DNA of 57,351 bases from positions 1 through 57,351 of the forward strand of contig DATBKB010000023.1 of the NCBI GenBank assembly GCA_036556145.1. The letters run 5' to 3'. Made by a program: the position numbers and the translations under genes. Origin of the DNA: Candidatus Limnocylindrales bacterium. GTDB taxonomy: Bacteria; Chloroflexota; Limnocylindria; Limnocylindrales; CSP1-4. Shown here in pieces: positions 43,170 through 51,743 of this stretch. Every line of letters starts with the position of its first letter. Position 1 is the stretch's first letter. The notes beneath the pieces were generated by a model. It was not told where the DNA came from and ran no database searches. It was given only the letters and a program-made list of their open reading frames with translations.

Positions 43170-44421
43170 CCGCCCCCTCGCCCTGGCGATCGGCGCGCGG
43201 CTCAAGCAGGCCCGGCTCGCGGCGGGACTGACCCAGCAGCAACTGGCCGGGGACCGCTACACCAAGGCGTACATCAGCGCGCTCGAGAACGGCATCGCCA
43301 AGCCGTCGATGGCGGCGCTGAACTACCTCGCCCCCCGGCTGGGGACCACCTCGGCGGCCATCCTGTCGGACCCGAGCACGGCCTGGGCCCGCATCGAGGC
43401 CGATCTCGCCCTCGCATCGGGCGACTGGAGCGGTGCCCTGGACCGCTACCAGGCGTTGCTCGAAACGTCCCAGGAGCGGGCGACCCGCGCCGGCCTCCTG
43501 ACCGGGATCTCGGAAGCCCTGTGCCGCCTCGATCGGCCGGCCGAGGCGATCCGACCTGCCACGCAGGCCGCGGCTCTGTACCGGGAGCTCGGCCGGCCGG
43601 CTGACGTAGCGCGCGCCGAGCTATGGCTTGCGTCGGCCCACAGCCAGCAGGACAACCCCGACGAGGCCCGCGCGCTACTTCGGTCGATTCTCGACCAGAT
43701 CCGAGACGGTCTGGATCTTGGCCCGGACATGAGCACTCGTGTCCTCATCGGCCTCGCGATGCTCGAGTCTTACCAGGGCAAACCCTCGGCCGCGCTTGGC
43801 TACCTCGAGCAGGCGAGAGGAATCGCCGCCGATCTGGACATTCGCCGGCGCGGTGGCCTCATGGCGGCGTTGGCGCAGGCATACCGAGCGGGCAATGATT
43901 TGGAGGCCGCGGTTCGGTCGGCGACGCAGGCGCTAGCGCTGCTGAGGGCCGCGGACGCAAACCTCGAGGCCGGCCTCGTTGAGAACCAGCTTGCTCTCGC
44001 ATACGTGGCGATGGGCAGCCTCGACAAGGCTCGGGACACGGTTCGCCATGCCCGTGCCGGCGGCCGCTCGGACGAGCGACTACAGGCCAACCTCGCCGAT
44101 ACCGAGGCGATGGTCGAGCTCGCCGCCGGCAAGCCGAAGGAGGCGCTCAAGCTCGCCGACGAGGCGATCGCCCTCGCCGAGCGAACGGAGCATTCGAAGG
44201 CGCTCCTCGACGCGCTCGTCACACGGGCCAAGGCCCTCGCCGCGCTCAAGAAGGCCGACGAGGCCGTGGCGACGTTCGAGCGCGCCGCCGACCTCGCCGA
44301 GAAGACGGCGCCGCCGTCACGCCGCCGACAGATCCTCAGCGCCTGGGCGGACAGCCTCGCCGCCGTCGGCCGTCATGACGAGGCCTACGCCCTCGCCCGC
44401 CGCGCCCTCGAGGCGCGCTAG
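43126..44421 (+). CDS. XRE-family HTH fused to a TPR-like repeat domain (RNPP/NprR-like architecture)
   Basis: 431 aa. The N-terminal HTH (IGARLKQARLAAGLTQQQLAGDRYTKAYISALENGIAKPSMAALNYLAPRLG) is paralogous to the upstream XRE. About eight A/L-rich two-helix repeats follow (e.g. LIGLAMLESYQGKPSAALGYLEQA, LALAYVAMGSLDKARDTVRHA, AWADSLAAVGRHDEAYALARRALE). It overlaps the upstream gene by 44 nt. Confidence 0.8.
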   Translation: MATTTRTRRRVVVDDRPLALAIGARLKQARLAAGLTQQQLAGDRYTKAYISALENGIAKPSMAALNYLAPRLGTTSAAILSDPSTAWARIEADLALASGDWSGALDRYQALLETSQERATRAGLLTGISEALCRLDRPAEAIRPATQAAALYRELGRPADVARAELWLASAHSQQDNPDEARALLRSILDQIRDGLDLGPDMSTRVLIGLAMLESYQGKPSAALGYLEQARGIAADLDIRRRGGLMAALAQAYRAGNDLEAAVRSATQALALLRAADANLEAGLVENQLALAYVAMGSLDKARDTVRHARAGGRSDERLQANLADTEAMVELAAGKPKEALKLADEAIALAERTEHSKALLDALVTRAKALAALKKADEAVATFERAADLAEKTAPPSRRRQILSAWADSLAAVGRHDEAYALARRALEAR

Positions 44422-44436
44422 ACCGATCCCGTCCCG

Positions 44437-45021
44437 GTGGGCACCTCGGGACGTCGCCTGAACCTATCCCCCATCGGGTTCGACATCGTCCTTGCCCTCA
44501 GCCAGGCGCCCGACGGGCTCCGCCTTGCGGATCTCGCCCACGTCATGGGCTCGCCGGTGAGCTCCGTGCAGACCGCGCTGCGCGGCTTGATTTCCAACCA
44601 GCTCGTCCGGCGTGAGGAAGTCGACCCGCCCCGCTATCTGCTCGCGCCGGATCACCCCGCGCGCGACGAGCTGGCATCCCTTGCGACCGTCCTGCCAGAA
44701 CCGGCCCACGCCATCGGCATCCTCCTGCGCGCCAACCCGGTCGTCGCCTGGGCTGCGGTGGACAGCCTCGGGTTCGTGGCGGCGACGCGCGAGCCGCCGG
44801 CGACGGCGCCGCAGGAAGCCCTCGACAGGCACCTCGGCCTCGTCGCCGGCTCGCGTGACGAGACGCCTATCGTCATGCGGCTGCCGGAGCCGGAGATGGA
44901 CCGTGTGCTCCGCGTCGGCATCGGACTGCGTGCCCGGCTCGCGAAGGCACTGACGATCAAGGGCCGGCTGCCGGCCGTCATCCGCGACATGGCCGAACGG
45001 AAGCGCCCGGCGGCCGGCTGA
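44437..45021 (+). CDS. Winged-helix (MarR/IclR-like N-terminal domain) protein with uncharacterised C-terminal domain
   Basis: 194 aa from GTG 44437, 15 nt after the TPR gene stop. The N-terminal region FDIVLALSQAPDGLRLADLAHVMGSPVSSVQTALRGLISNQLVRRE looks like a wHTH. The C-terminal 110 aa were not recognised. Confidence 0.55.
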   Translation: MGTSGRRLNLSPIGFDIVLALSQAPDGLRLADLAHVMGSPVSSVQTALRGLISNQLVRREEVDPPRYLLAPDHPARDELASLATVLPEPAHAIGILLRANPVVAWAAVDSLGFVAATREPPATAPQEALDRHLGLVAGSRDETPIVMRLPEPEMDRVLRVGIGLRARLAKALTIKGRLPAVIRDMAERKRPAAG

Positions 45022-45077
45022 CGCCGCCCTCGGGCACCGCTGGAGGCACCCAGCGGCGTTGTGCGACGATCCGTCCC

Positions 45078-46625
45078 GTGACCCGCGACCCGGCGCCCGT
45101 CAGGCCGGCCGACAGACCGATCCTCCCCGCCGCCATCGCCGGCGTCGCCTCGGCGGCCGCCGCGCTCGGCGTCTCGGAGCTCGTCTCCGGCGTCCTCGCC
45201 GGCGCGCCCTCGCTCATCCTCTCGGTCGGCCGGCTCGTAATCGATCTCCAGCCGCCCGGCGCGAAGGACCTCGTCGTGGCGTTGTTCGGGCAGAACGACA
45301 AGCTCGCCCTCGAGATCCTCGTCGTTCTCATTGCGCTTGCCATTGGTGCAGGAGTCGGGATCCTCGCGTTGTCGCAGCCGTCGATCGCCGCGATGGTCGT
45401 CGTGGGCTTCGCGGGACTGGGCTTCGTCGCCGCGCTGCGCGACCCGGCGGCGACGATGACGCTGGCGGCGATCGTCGCCGGCGTCGCCGCGATCGCCGGC
45501 GTCGGCGTGCTCGACCGTTTGACCGCGCCGCTCCGAGCCGTCGACGGACCGACGATGCCCGACTGGCGGCGGCGTGGCTTCTTGCTGCGCGGCGCCGGCA
45601 TTGCGGCGGCATCGGTCGTCGCCGGGTTTGTCGGCCGGTCGCTCCTCGAGCGCCAGCGCGAATCGCCCGGCCAGGTCGTCGGCCGGATCCCGCCGCCGGG
45701 CGAGATCGCGACGCTGCCCCCGGGCGCCGAGCTGCCGGTCGACGGCATCTCGCCGCTCGTCGTCCCGAACGACGACTTCTACCGCATCGACACCGCGCTC
45801 ATCGTCCCGAGCGTCGACCTCACCTCCTGGCAGTTGCGGATCCACGGGCTCGTCGAGCGCGAGACGACGCTGACCTTCGACGAGCTCGTGGCCCTCGGCA
45901 CGTTCGAGCAATACGTGACGATCGCGTGCGTCTCGAACGAGGTCGGCGGCGATCTCGTGGGAAACGCCAAGTGGACGGGCGTCCGGCTGCGCGAGGTGCT
46001 CGACATCGCGGGCGTGCGACCGGAGGCGACGCAGCTGGTCGGTCGCGCCGTCGACGGCTGGACGGCCGGCATGCCGACGGCGTGGGTCATGGATCCCAGG
46101 CGCGAGCCGATGATCGCGGTCCAGATGAACGACGCGCCGCTGCCGCTCGCCCACGGCTTCCCGGCTCGGCTCATCGTGCCGGGACTCTTCGGGTATGTCT
46201 CGGCGACGAAGTGGCTCGGTGAGCTCGAGCTGACGACGTGGGAGGCGTTCAACGGCTACTGGGTGCCGCTCGGCTGGGCGAAGGAAGGCCCGATCCTGAC
46301 GCAGTCGCGCATCGATGTCCCCGCCAACGGCGCGCGGGTCGCGGCGGGACGCTTCGTCCTCGCGGGCGTCGCCTGGGCGCCGGATCGCGGGGTCCGCAGC
46401 GTCGAGGTCGCGATCGACGGTGCGTGGCAGCCGGCGGTCGTCTCGACACCGATCTCGGACGCGACGTGGGTCCAGTGGCGCCTCGATTGGAACGCGACGG
46501 CCGGCGACCACGACATCGCGGTCCGGGCCACGGACGGCAGGGGCGATGTCCAGACCGCCGACCACTCGGCGCCCGCCCCGGACGGGGCGCGGGGTCATCA
46601 CACGATTCGCGTCAGCGTGGCCTAA
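45078..46625 (+). CDS. Membrane-anchored molybdopterin-dependent oxidoreductase (sulfite-oxidase fold)
   Basis: 515 aa with N-terminal TM helices. The Moco domain contains the ACVSNEVGG cysteine motif and FPARLIVPG..G. A C-terminal Ig-like dimerisation-type domain follows. Confidence 0.88.
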   Translation: MTRDPAPVRPADRPILPAAIAGVASAAAALGVSELVSGVLAGAPSLILSVGRLVIDLQPPGAKDLVVALFGQNDKLALEILVVLIALAIGAGVGILALSQPSIAAMVVVGFAGLGFVAALRDPAATMTLAAIVAGVAAIAGVGVLDRLTAPLRAVDGPTMPDWRRRGFLLRGAGIAAASVVAGFVGRSLLERQRESPGQVVGRIPPPGEIATLPPGAELPVDGISPLVVPNDDFYRIDTALIVPSVDLTSWQLRIHGLVERETTLTFDELVALGTFEQYVTIACVSNEVGGDLVGNAKWTGVRLREVLDIAGVRPEATQLVGRAVDGWTAGMPTAWVMDPRREPMIAVQMNDAPLPLAHGFPARLIVPGLFGYVSATKWLGELELTTWEAFNGYWVPLGWAKEGPILTQSRIDVPANGARVAAGRFVLAGVAWAPDRGVRSVEVAIDGAWQPAVVSTPISDATWVQWRLDWNATAGDHDIAVRATDGRGDVQTADHSAPAPDGARGHHTIRVSVA

Positions 46626-46632
46626 TGGGGCC

Positions 46633-47205
46633 ATGACGCGCCGCCGATTCATCTTCGATCCGCCCGAGCGATTCGTCGCCGGGACCGTCGGCGAGCCCGG
46701 CGCGCGGACGTTCTTCCTGCAGGCCCGCGACGGCGGCCGGGTCGTCAGCGTGGTGCTCGAGAAGGTGCAGGTGGCCGTCCTCGCCGATCGGCTCAACCAG
46801 CTGCTCGACGAGCTCGAGCGGCGCGGCATCACGCAGGCCGAACCGCTCCGATCGAGCGACTCCGAACCGCTCGACGAGCCGGTCATCGAGGCCTTTCGCG
46901 CGGGCTCCCTGACCCTCGGCTGGGACGGCTCGGACGACCGCGTCCTCGTCGAGGCGCGGGCCCAAAGCGAGGACGACGACGACGAAATGCCCGAAGGTCA
47001 GGTCGCGGCCATCGAGGCCGATGACGACGCCGAGGACGGACCCGATCTCTTCCGCGTCCGGATGACGGCGCCGGCGGCACGGGCGTTCGTCGAGCGCGCG
47101 GTCCGCGTCGTCTCGGCCGGCCGCCCGCCCTGCCCGCTGTGCGGCCAACCGCTCGACCCGGGCGGCCACATCTGCCCGCGACGCAACGGGCACTACGTCA
47201 ACTGA
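46633..47205 (+). CDS. DUF3090-family protein
   Basis: 190 aa. N-terminal FDPPERFVAGTVGEPGARTFFLQA is followed by an acidic linker and a C-terminal CPLCGQPLDPGGHICPRRNGH zinc-knuckle-like end, characteristic of this actinobacterial family. Confidence 0.85.
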   Translation: MTRRRFIFDPPERFVAGTVGEPGARTFFLQARDGGRVVSVVLEKVQVAVLADRLNQLLDELERRGITQAEPLRSSDSEPLDEPVIEAFRAGSLTLGWDGSDDRVLVEARAQSEDDDDEMPEGQVAAIEADDDAEDGPDLFRVRMTAPAARAFVERAVRVVSAGRPPCPLCGQPLDPGGHICPRRNGHYVN

Positions 47206-47224
47206 GCTTGCCGGCCGAGGTGTC

Positions 47225-47962
47225 GTGAATCCGTTCGACTCGGCGGCCGTCCTCGAGGTCCTGCGCGAGGGCGAGCTCGAAGTGCTCGGTCGGCTCGTCG
47301 CCTCGACGAACCACGCCCTGTACAGCCGCGTCACCCGGCACTGCCCGGACCCTGAGCCGCCGACGATCGTCGACGCCGTCTACAAGCCGATCCGCGGCGA
47401 GCGCCCGCTCGACGACTTTCCGGACGGCACGCTCGCCCGGCGCGAGGTCGCCGCACACGCGGTGTCGGTCGCGACCGGCTGGGCGATCGTCCCGCCGACG
47501 GTGATGCGCGACGGACCGTTCGGCGAGGGCATGGTCCAGCTCTGGATCGACGTCGACCCGAGCGTCGACGTCGTCGCGATGGTCATCGACGACGACGTGC
47601 GACTGAGGCGCGTCGCGCTCTTCGACGCGATCGTCAACAACACCGACCGCAAGGGCGGGCACCTGCTGCCGGTCGCCGGCGGGCACGTGTTCGGCGTCGA
47701 CCACGGTGTCTGCTTCTCGACCGTGCCGAAGCTGCGGACGGTCCTGTGGGCATGGCGCGGCGAGCGGCTCGAGCCTGACGAAGTCGCCGTGCTGGAGCGA
47801 GTGCGCGAGGCGCTCGACGGCGAGCTGGGCGCCGAGCTGCGGGGCCTCCTCGCCCCGGCCGAGGTCAAGGCGACGATCCGCCGAACGGATCGGCTCCTGT
47901 CGACGCGGCGCTTCCCGTGGCCGTCGCCCGGCTGGCCGGCGCTGCCCTGGCCGCCGTTCTAG
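47225..47962 (+). CDS. SCO1664-family protein (PI3/PI4-kinase-like fold)
   Basis: 245 aa from GTG 47225. It has YKPIRGERPL.DFP and NNTDRKGGH...DHG motifs and lies directly downstream of the DUF3090 gene, as in the known conserved pair. Confidence 0.85.
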   Translation: MNPFDSAAVLEVLREGELEVLGRLVASTNHALYSRVTRHCPDPEPPTIVDAVYKPIRGERPLDDFPDGTLARREVAAHAVSVATGWAIVPPTVMRDGPFGEGMVQLWIDVDPSVDVVAMVIDDDVRLRRVALFDAIVNNTDRKGGHLLPVAGGHVFGVDHGVCFSTVPKLRTVLWAWRGERLEPDEVAVLERVREALDGELGAELRGLLAPAEVKATIRRTDRLLSTRRFPWPSPGWPALPWPPF

Positions 47963-47970
47963 CGCGCTCT

Positions 47971-48666
47971 CTACTCCTCCGCGGCACCGTCCGGTGGTTC
48001 GAGCTCGACGAGGACCGCGCCGGTCACATTGACGAGCTTCGTCGCGCCGGCGTCCACTTCGAGGGCCGGCACCGAGGCGGTCGTCGTGTGGCCGTGCAGC
48101 CAGAGCGGCGGGCGGAGGACGTTCATGAGCCAGCGGTACGCGCGGAAGCCGACGTGGAAGGCGTCTGGCGAGTCGCCCGCGCCCTCCGGGGCGGCGTGGC
48201 TGATCACGAGCAGCGGCCTGGCCCGGCCGAGGAGTCGCCGGGCAAGCGTGCGCCAGGCGATCGAGAACACGTGCAGCCAGGCGAGGCCGCTTCGACGCTC
48301 GTTGTCGCGGCGGCCCGCACCGGGCCACTCGAACCCGGCGATGTCGAGGCCCGCGAGACGGGTCGTGCGGCCGGCGCCCAGGGCTGCCGGCACGTTCGGC
48401 CGGTCCTCCCACGCCCCGCCGCGATCGTGGTTGCCGCGGACGTAGACGAGCGGGGCGCGGAACGCGTCGGCGAGGAACGCGAGCCAGTGCGGCTCGAGAT
48501 CGCCACAGCCGATCACCGCATCGATCGTGCCGAGGGCCCGCCGATTGACCTCATGCTCGAGGGCCGGGTCCTGCTCGTCGGACGCCGCCAGCAGGCGGAT
48601 CGGGCGGCCGTCCCGATCGTCGAACGGCCGTTGATCCGGCCAGCGGAGGCGGACCCGCCGGATCAC
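47971..48666 (-). CDS. Metallophosphoesterase (calcineurin-like)
   Basis: 231 aa from GTG 48666 with motifs SDEQD, CGDLEP, RGNHD, ISHAAP and LHGHTT. The start overlaps the stop of the ParB-like gene (GTGA). Confidence 0.8.
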   Translation of the reverse strand: MIRRVRLRWPDQRPFDDRDGRPIRLLAASDEQDPALEHEVNRRALGTIDAVIGCGDLEPHWLAFLADAFRAPLVYVRGNHDRGGAWEDRPNVPAALGAGRTTRLAGLDIAGFEWPGAGRRDNERRSGLAWLHVFSIAWRTLARRLLGRARPLLVISHAAPEGAGDSPDAFHVGFRAYRWLMNVLRPPLWLHGHTTTASVPALEVDAGATKLVNVTGAVLVELEPPDGAAEE

Positions 48667-49463
48667 CTCGCGGCGTCCTCGGACGGTGTCGCCGGCGGCG
48701 GGTCTGGCCCCTCGGCCGCGTCGGTTGATTCGTGGTGGTCGGCCCGATGGATGTTGAGATGGCGCTCGCCGTCGGGGCTGAGGCGGTTGCCCTGCCCCGC
48801 GGCGCGGAGTGCGCGCGTCCCCTCCAGGGCCGGAGCGAGCGAGGTCGGCCGCTCCCGGGCGCGCTCGCCGGGGCGGACGAGCTCGAGGATGTTTGCATCG
48901 ATGCCGACCTGCCCGTCGTAGAGCGCGGCGCCGACCCGATTGTGGCCGTCGAGGACCCAGTAGTCGTCGCCGTAGCGGATGACGTCGATCGGCGGGAGGA
49001 CGTCGAGGCGGCTCATCGCGTTGCGGATCCGCTGCCAGCGGTTCATCCAGTTCTGGCCGCGGAACGGCTTCAGCGGGAGGAAGTCGCCGCCGCGTTGCGT
49101 CGCGCCCCCGACCGCGGTGCCCCGGATCTCCTCGGGGTCGAGGGTCCGCAACCCGGCCTCGCGCGGCACCGCCCGGCGGGCTTCGGGATGGAGGTCGTAC
49201 AGGTACGGCAGCGGCGTCCGCGACCGCCGGCGCAGCCGACGCACACGCGAGCCTGGACGCTCGTCCCAGCGACGAGCGGCGTGCTGGACAGCCTGTACCG
49301 CGCCGCCGACGGCCCCACCGACCGCGTCGACCGCGGTCTCGACGGCCGCGCCGACCTTCTCCGCGACGCCGGCGGTCGGCTGGTCTGTGTCGTTCATTGG
49401 CTGGTCGGGCTGGGCCGCGTTGGCCGACGCGCCGTCGGCGGGCTTCTTCGTGCGCCTGGGCAT
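48663..49463 (-). CDS. ParB/sulfiredoxin-like N-terminal (nuclease-type) domain protein with disordered termini
   Basis: 266 aa from ATG 49463. The core is DPEEIRGT...PPIDVIRYGDDYWVLDGHNRVGAAL; DGHNR sits at the position of the ParB-type DGHHR motif. It is flanked by low-complexity N- and C-terminal regions. Confidence 0.7.
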   Translation of the reverse strand: MPRRTKKPADGASANAAQPDQPMNDTDQPTAGVAEKVGAAVETAVDAVGGAVGGAVQAVQHAARRWDERPGSRVRRLRRRSRTPLPYLYDLHPEARRAVPREAGLRTLDPEEIRGTAVGGATQRGGDFLPLKPFRGQNWMNRWQRIRNAMSRLDVLPPIDVIRYGDDYWVLDGHNRVGAALYDGQVGIDANILELVRPGERARERPTSLAPALEGTRALRAAGQGNRLSPDGERHLNIHRADHHESTDAAEGPDPPPATPSEDAAR

Positions 49464-49519
49464 GGCCACAGTTTCGGTCGAGTGGCCCGAAGGCGCTGCC
49501 GGGACCCGGTCGAGCGCGG

Positions 49520-50614
49520 CTAGGCGCGGATCTCCTGGCGCATGAAGACGACATACGCCGCGCCGAACATGACGCTCGTGAGCGCGATGAGCCCAACCAC
49601 CTGCGGCCCGACGAGCAGCAGGCTCTGGTCGATCGACAGCCTCGACGCGAGGTACCGCCGGGGATCCTGCGCCTGGATGATCTCCTCGATGGTCGCTGGC
49701 GTGAATGCGCCGCTGGCGACCGGATCGACCGGGATCAACAGGACCCGCGACGCCTCGGTGTAGAGCGTGTGCGGCGAGAGCCGCTTGATGAAGTTCTGCG
49801 TCTGCGCGGCGCGGATCTGCGCCTGCACCTCTTCCTCGGTGAACGCCTGCGGCGGGATCGGCGCGATGAGGTTGGCGAGGAACTCCAGCAGGAACAACGA
49901 TCCCAGCAGCACGGTCAGGACCCACACGCCGAAGCCGATCAGCGCGGATGACGCGGCTCGCCGCAGGGCGACCGAGAGCAGCATCGCAAACGCCAGCCAG
50001 AAGCCGACGTAGATCACCGTGAGCACGACCCAGGCCGCGATCCGGAGGATCTCGCTCAGCTCCGGGGCGAAGCCGAGGCGGGCGATGCCGAAGCCGCTGA
50101 CGAGCAGGACCATCGCGACGAGGGCAATCGTGATCACCGCCAAGCCGGCCACGAACTTGCCGTTGATGACGTCGTCGCGGTGGATGGGCTGTGAGACGAG
50201 GCGAGGCAACGTTCCCTCGCTCCGTTCGACATTGACGGCGTCGAAGCCGAAGGCGATTCCGAGCAGCGGCGCGAACAGGCCGACGAACGTGTCGGCGCGG
50301 AGCCGCTCGAAGTTCTCCGGACCGACGGTGAAGAGCGCGAGGAACACCGACTGGTTCGATGAGATCTGCTCGGCGAGCTCGCGGATGCGCGCGGACGCGA
50401 AGTACAGGGGGACGGCCGCGGCGATGCCGATGACGAAGATCAGCACGATGAAGCGGATGCTCGTCACGTGATCGCCGAGCTCCTTCGCGGCGATGACCCG
50501 CCAGCCCGCGCGGAGGCGCGGCTCGTCGGAGGCTCGCGGCGGGGGCGGCGGGATCAGCCGGGCGACGCGCTCGCGCCAGCCAGCGAGCCGCCCTCGGTCA
50601 GTGGACGCGGCCAT
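49520..50614 (-). CDS. ABC-2 type transporter permease
   Basis: 364 aa. A cytoplasmic N-terminus and TM1 are followed by a long extracytoplasmic loop and five more TM helices, typical of ABC-2 exporters. It overlaps the ATPase gene by 17 nt. Confidence 0.8.
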   Translation of the reverse strand: MAASTDRGRLAGWRERVARLIPPPPPRASDEPRLRAGWRVIAAKELGDHVTSIRFIVLIFVIGIAAAVPLYFASARIRELAEQISSNQSVFLALFTVGPENFERLRADTFVGLFAPLLGIAFGFDAVNVERSEGTLPRLVSQPIHRDDVINGKFVAGLAVITIALVAMVLLVSGFGIARLGFAPELSEILRIAAWVVLTVIYVGFWLAFAMLLSVALRRAASSALIGFGVWVLTVLLGSLFLLEFLANLIAPIPPQAFTEEEVQAQIRAAQTQNFIKRLSPHTLYTEASRVLLIPVDPVASGAFTPATIEEIIQAQDPRRYLASRLSIDQSLLLVGPQVVGLIALTSVMFGAAYVVFMRQEIRA

Positions 50615-51743
50615 CGGGCTCCTCCCGAACCAGGTGGCGATAGATCTCGAGCAGGTCCTCGCCGCGGCGGCGGAGGTGGTTCACCGGGCACCCGGCGCCG
50701 GCGAGCGCGGTGGCGAGGTCGGCGCCAACGTCGCGATCCGCATGGACGACCCAGCGGCCACCATCGGTCTCGCGCTCGACGCTCGCCACGCCGGGAGTCG
50801 CGCGCAGCGCGTTCTCGATCGTCCCTGCATCGCCGTCCGCTCCGACCTCGAACGCGAGGACGCCACGGCCGGCGAGCGCGCGCAGCTCGTCGAGGCGCCC
50901 TTCGGCCACGAGCTTGCCCGCGGAGAAGAAGCCGACGCGATCGCAGATCGACTGGACCTGGCCGAGGATGTGGCTCGAGAGCAGGATCGTGAGGTTGCGC
51001 TCGGTCACGAGGCGTCGCAGCAGGCCGAGGATCTCATCGACGCCCGCGGGGTCGATCGCGATCGTCGGCTCGTCGAGGATCAGGACATGGGGATCCTTGA
51101 CGAGGGCATCGGCGATGCCGAGTCGCTGGCGCATGCCGCGCGAGTACGTCTCCACCCGGCGATCCGCGGCTTCGGTGAGCCGGACCTCGCCGAGCAGCTC
51201 GCCGATCCTCGCCTCCGCGGCCGCCTTCTCGAGGCCGTTGAGCCGCGCCGTGTAGCGGAGGTTCTCGCGACCGCTCATGCCGCCGTAGAAGCCGACGTTG
51301 TCGGGGAGGTAGCCGACGCGTCGCTTGACGCCGAGCGGCTCGCGCGCGGGATCGAGTCCGACAACCCGGGCGATGCCCTCGGTCGGTTCGGACAAGCCGA
51401 GCAACATGAGGACCGTCGTCGTCTTGCCGGCGCCGTTCGGACCAAGCAGCCCGAAGACCTCGCCTGGGTGGATCGTCAAGTCGAGCGAATCGACCGCGGT
51501 GAAGTCGCCGTACTTCTTCGTCAGGCCGCGGGCATAGATGACGGCGTCACCGATGTCGGCGACGGTCGGTTCTCGGCGCTCGACTTGCTCCTCGTCGTCC
51601 CGCGCCGGCGCCACGGCGACCGGGCGCGCGTGGGGTGGTCGCGCGTGATGTGCCGGATCCGACGATGGCACACGGCGGTGCCCGCCGCGAAGCGGCTTGC
51701 TCCGCAGCGGCCGCCCCGGGCGGCTGCCCTCCGGCTCGGTCAT
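50598..51743 (-). CDS. ABC transporter ATP-binding protein with N- and C-terminal extensions
   Basis: 381 aa from ATG 51743 with Walker A GPNGAGKTT, Q-loop, signature YSRGMRQRLG, Walker B LILDEPT and an H-loop SSH. The start shares one nt with the upstream stop. Confidence 0.92.
   Translation of the reverse strand: MTEPEGSRPGRPLRSKPLRGGHRRVPSSDPAHHARPPHARPVAVAPARDDEEQVERREPTVADIGDAVIYARGLTKKYGDFTAVDSLDLTIHPGEVFGLLGPNGAGKTTTVLMLLGLSEPTEGIARVVGLDPAREPLGVKRRVGYLPDNVGFYGGMSGRENLRYTARLNGLEKAAAEARIGELLGEVRLTEAADRRVETYSRGMRQRLGIADALVKDPHVLILDEPTIAIDPAGVDEILGLLRRLVTERNLTILLSSHILGQVQSICDRVGFFSAGKLVAEGRLDELRALAGRGVLAFEVGADGDAGTIENALRATPGVASVERETDGGRWVVHADRDVGADLATALAGAGCPVNHLRRRGEDLLEIYRHLVREEPDGRVH

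Noticed and set aside
44652-46886. 744-aa minus-strand ORF antisense to the molybdopterin oxidoreductase and DUF3090 genes
   Set aside because: It is a shadow frame with no motifs and extreme Arg/Asp/Gly content, and the plus-strand genes have clear family signatures. The same reasoning applies to 54588-56741 (antisense to the aminotransferase), 10795-13254, 29367-31163 upstream of codon 374, 32307-34640 upstream of GTG 33890, 35830-37833 upstream of ATG 37212, 38855-40513, 48663-49925 upstream of ATG 49463, and 56239-57294.
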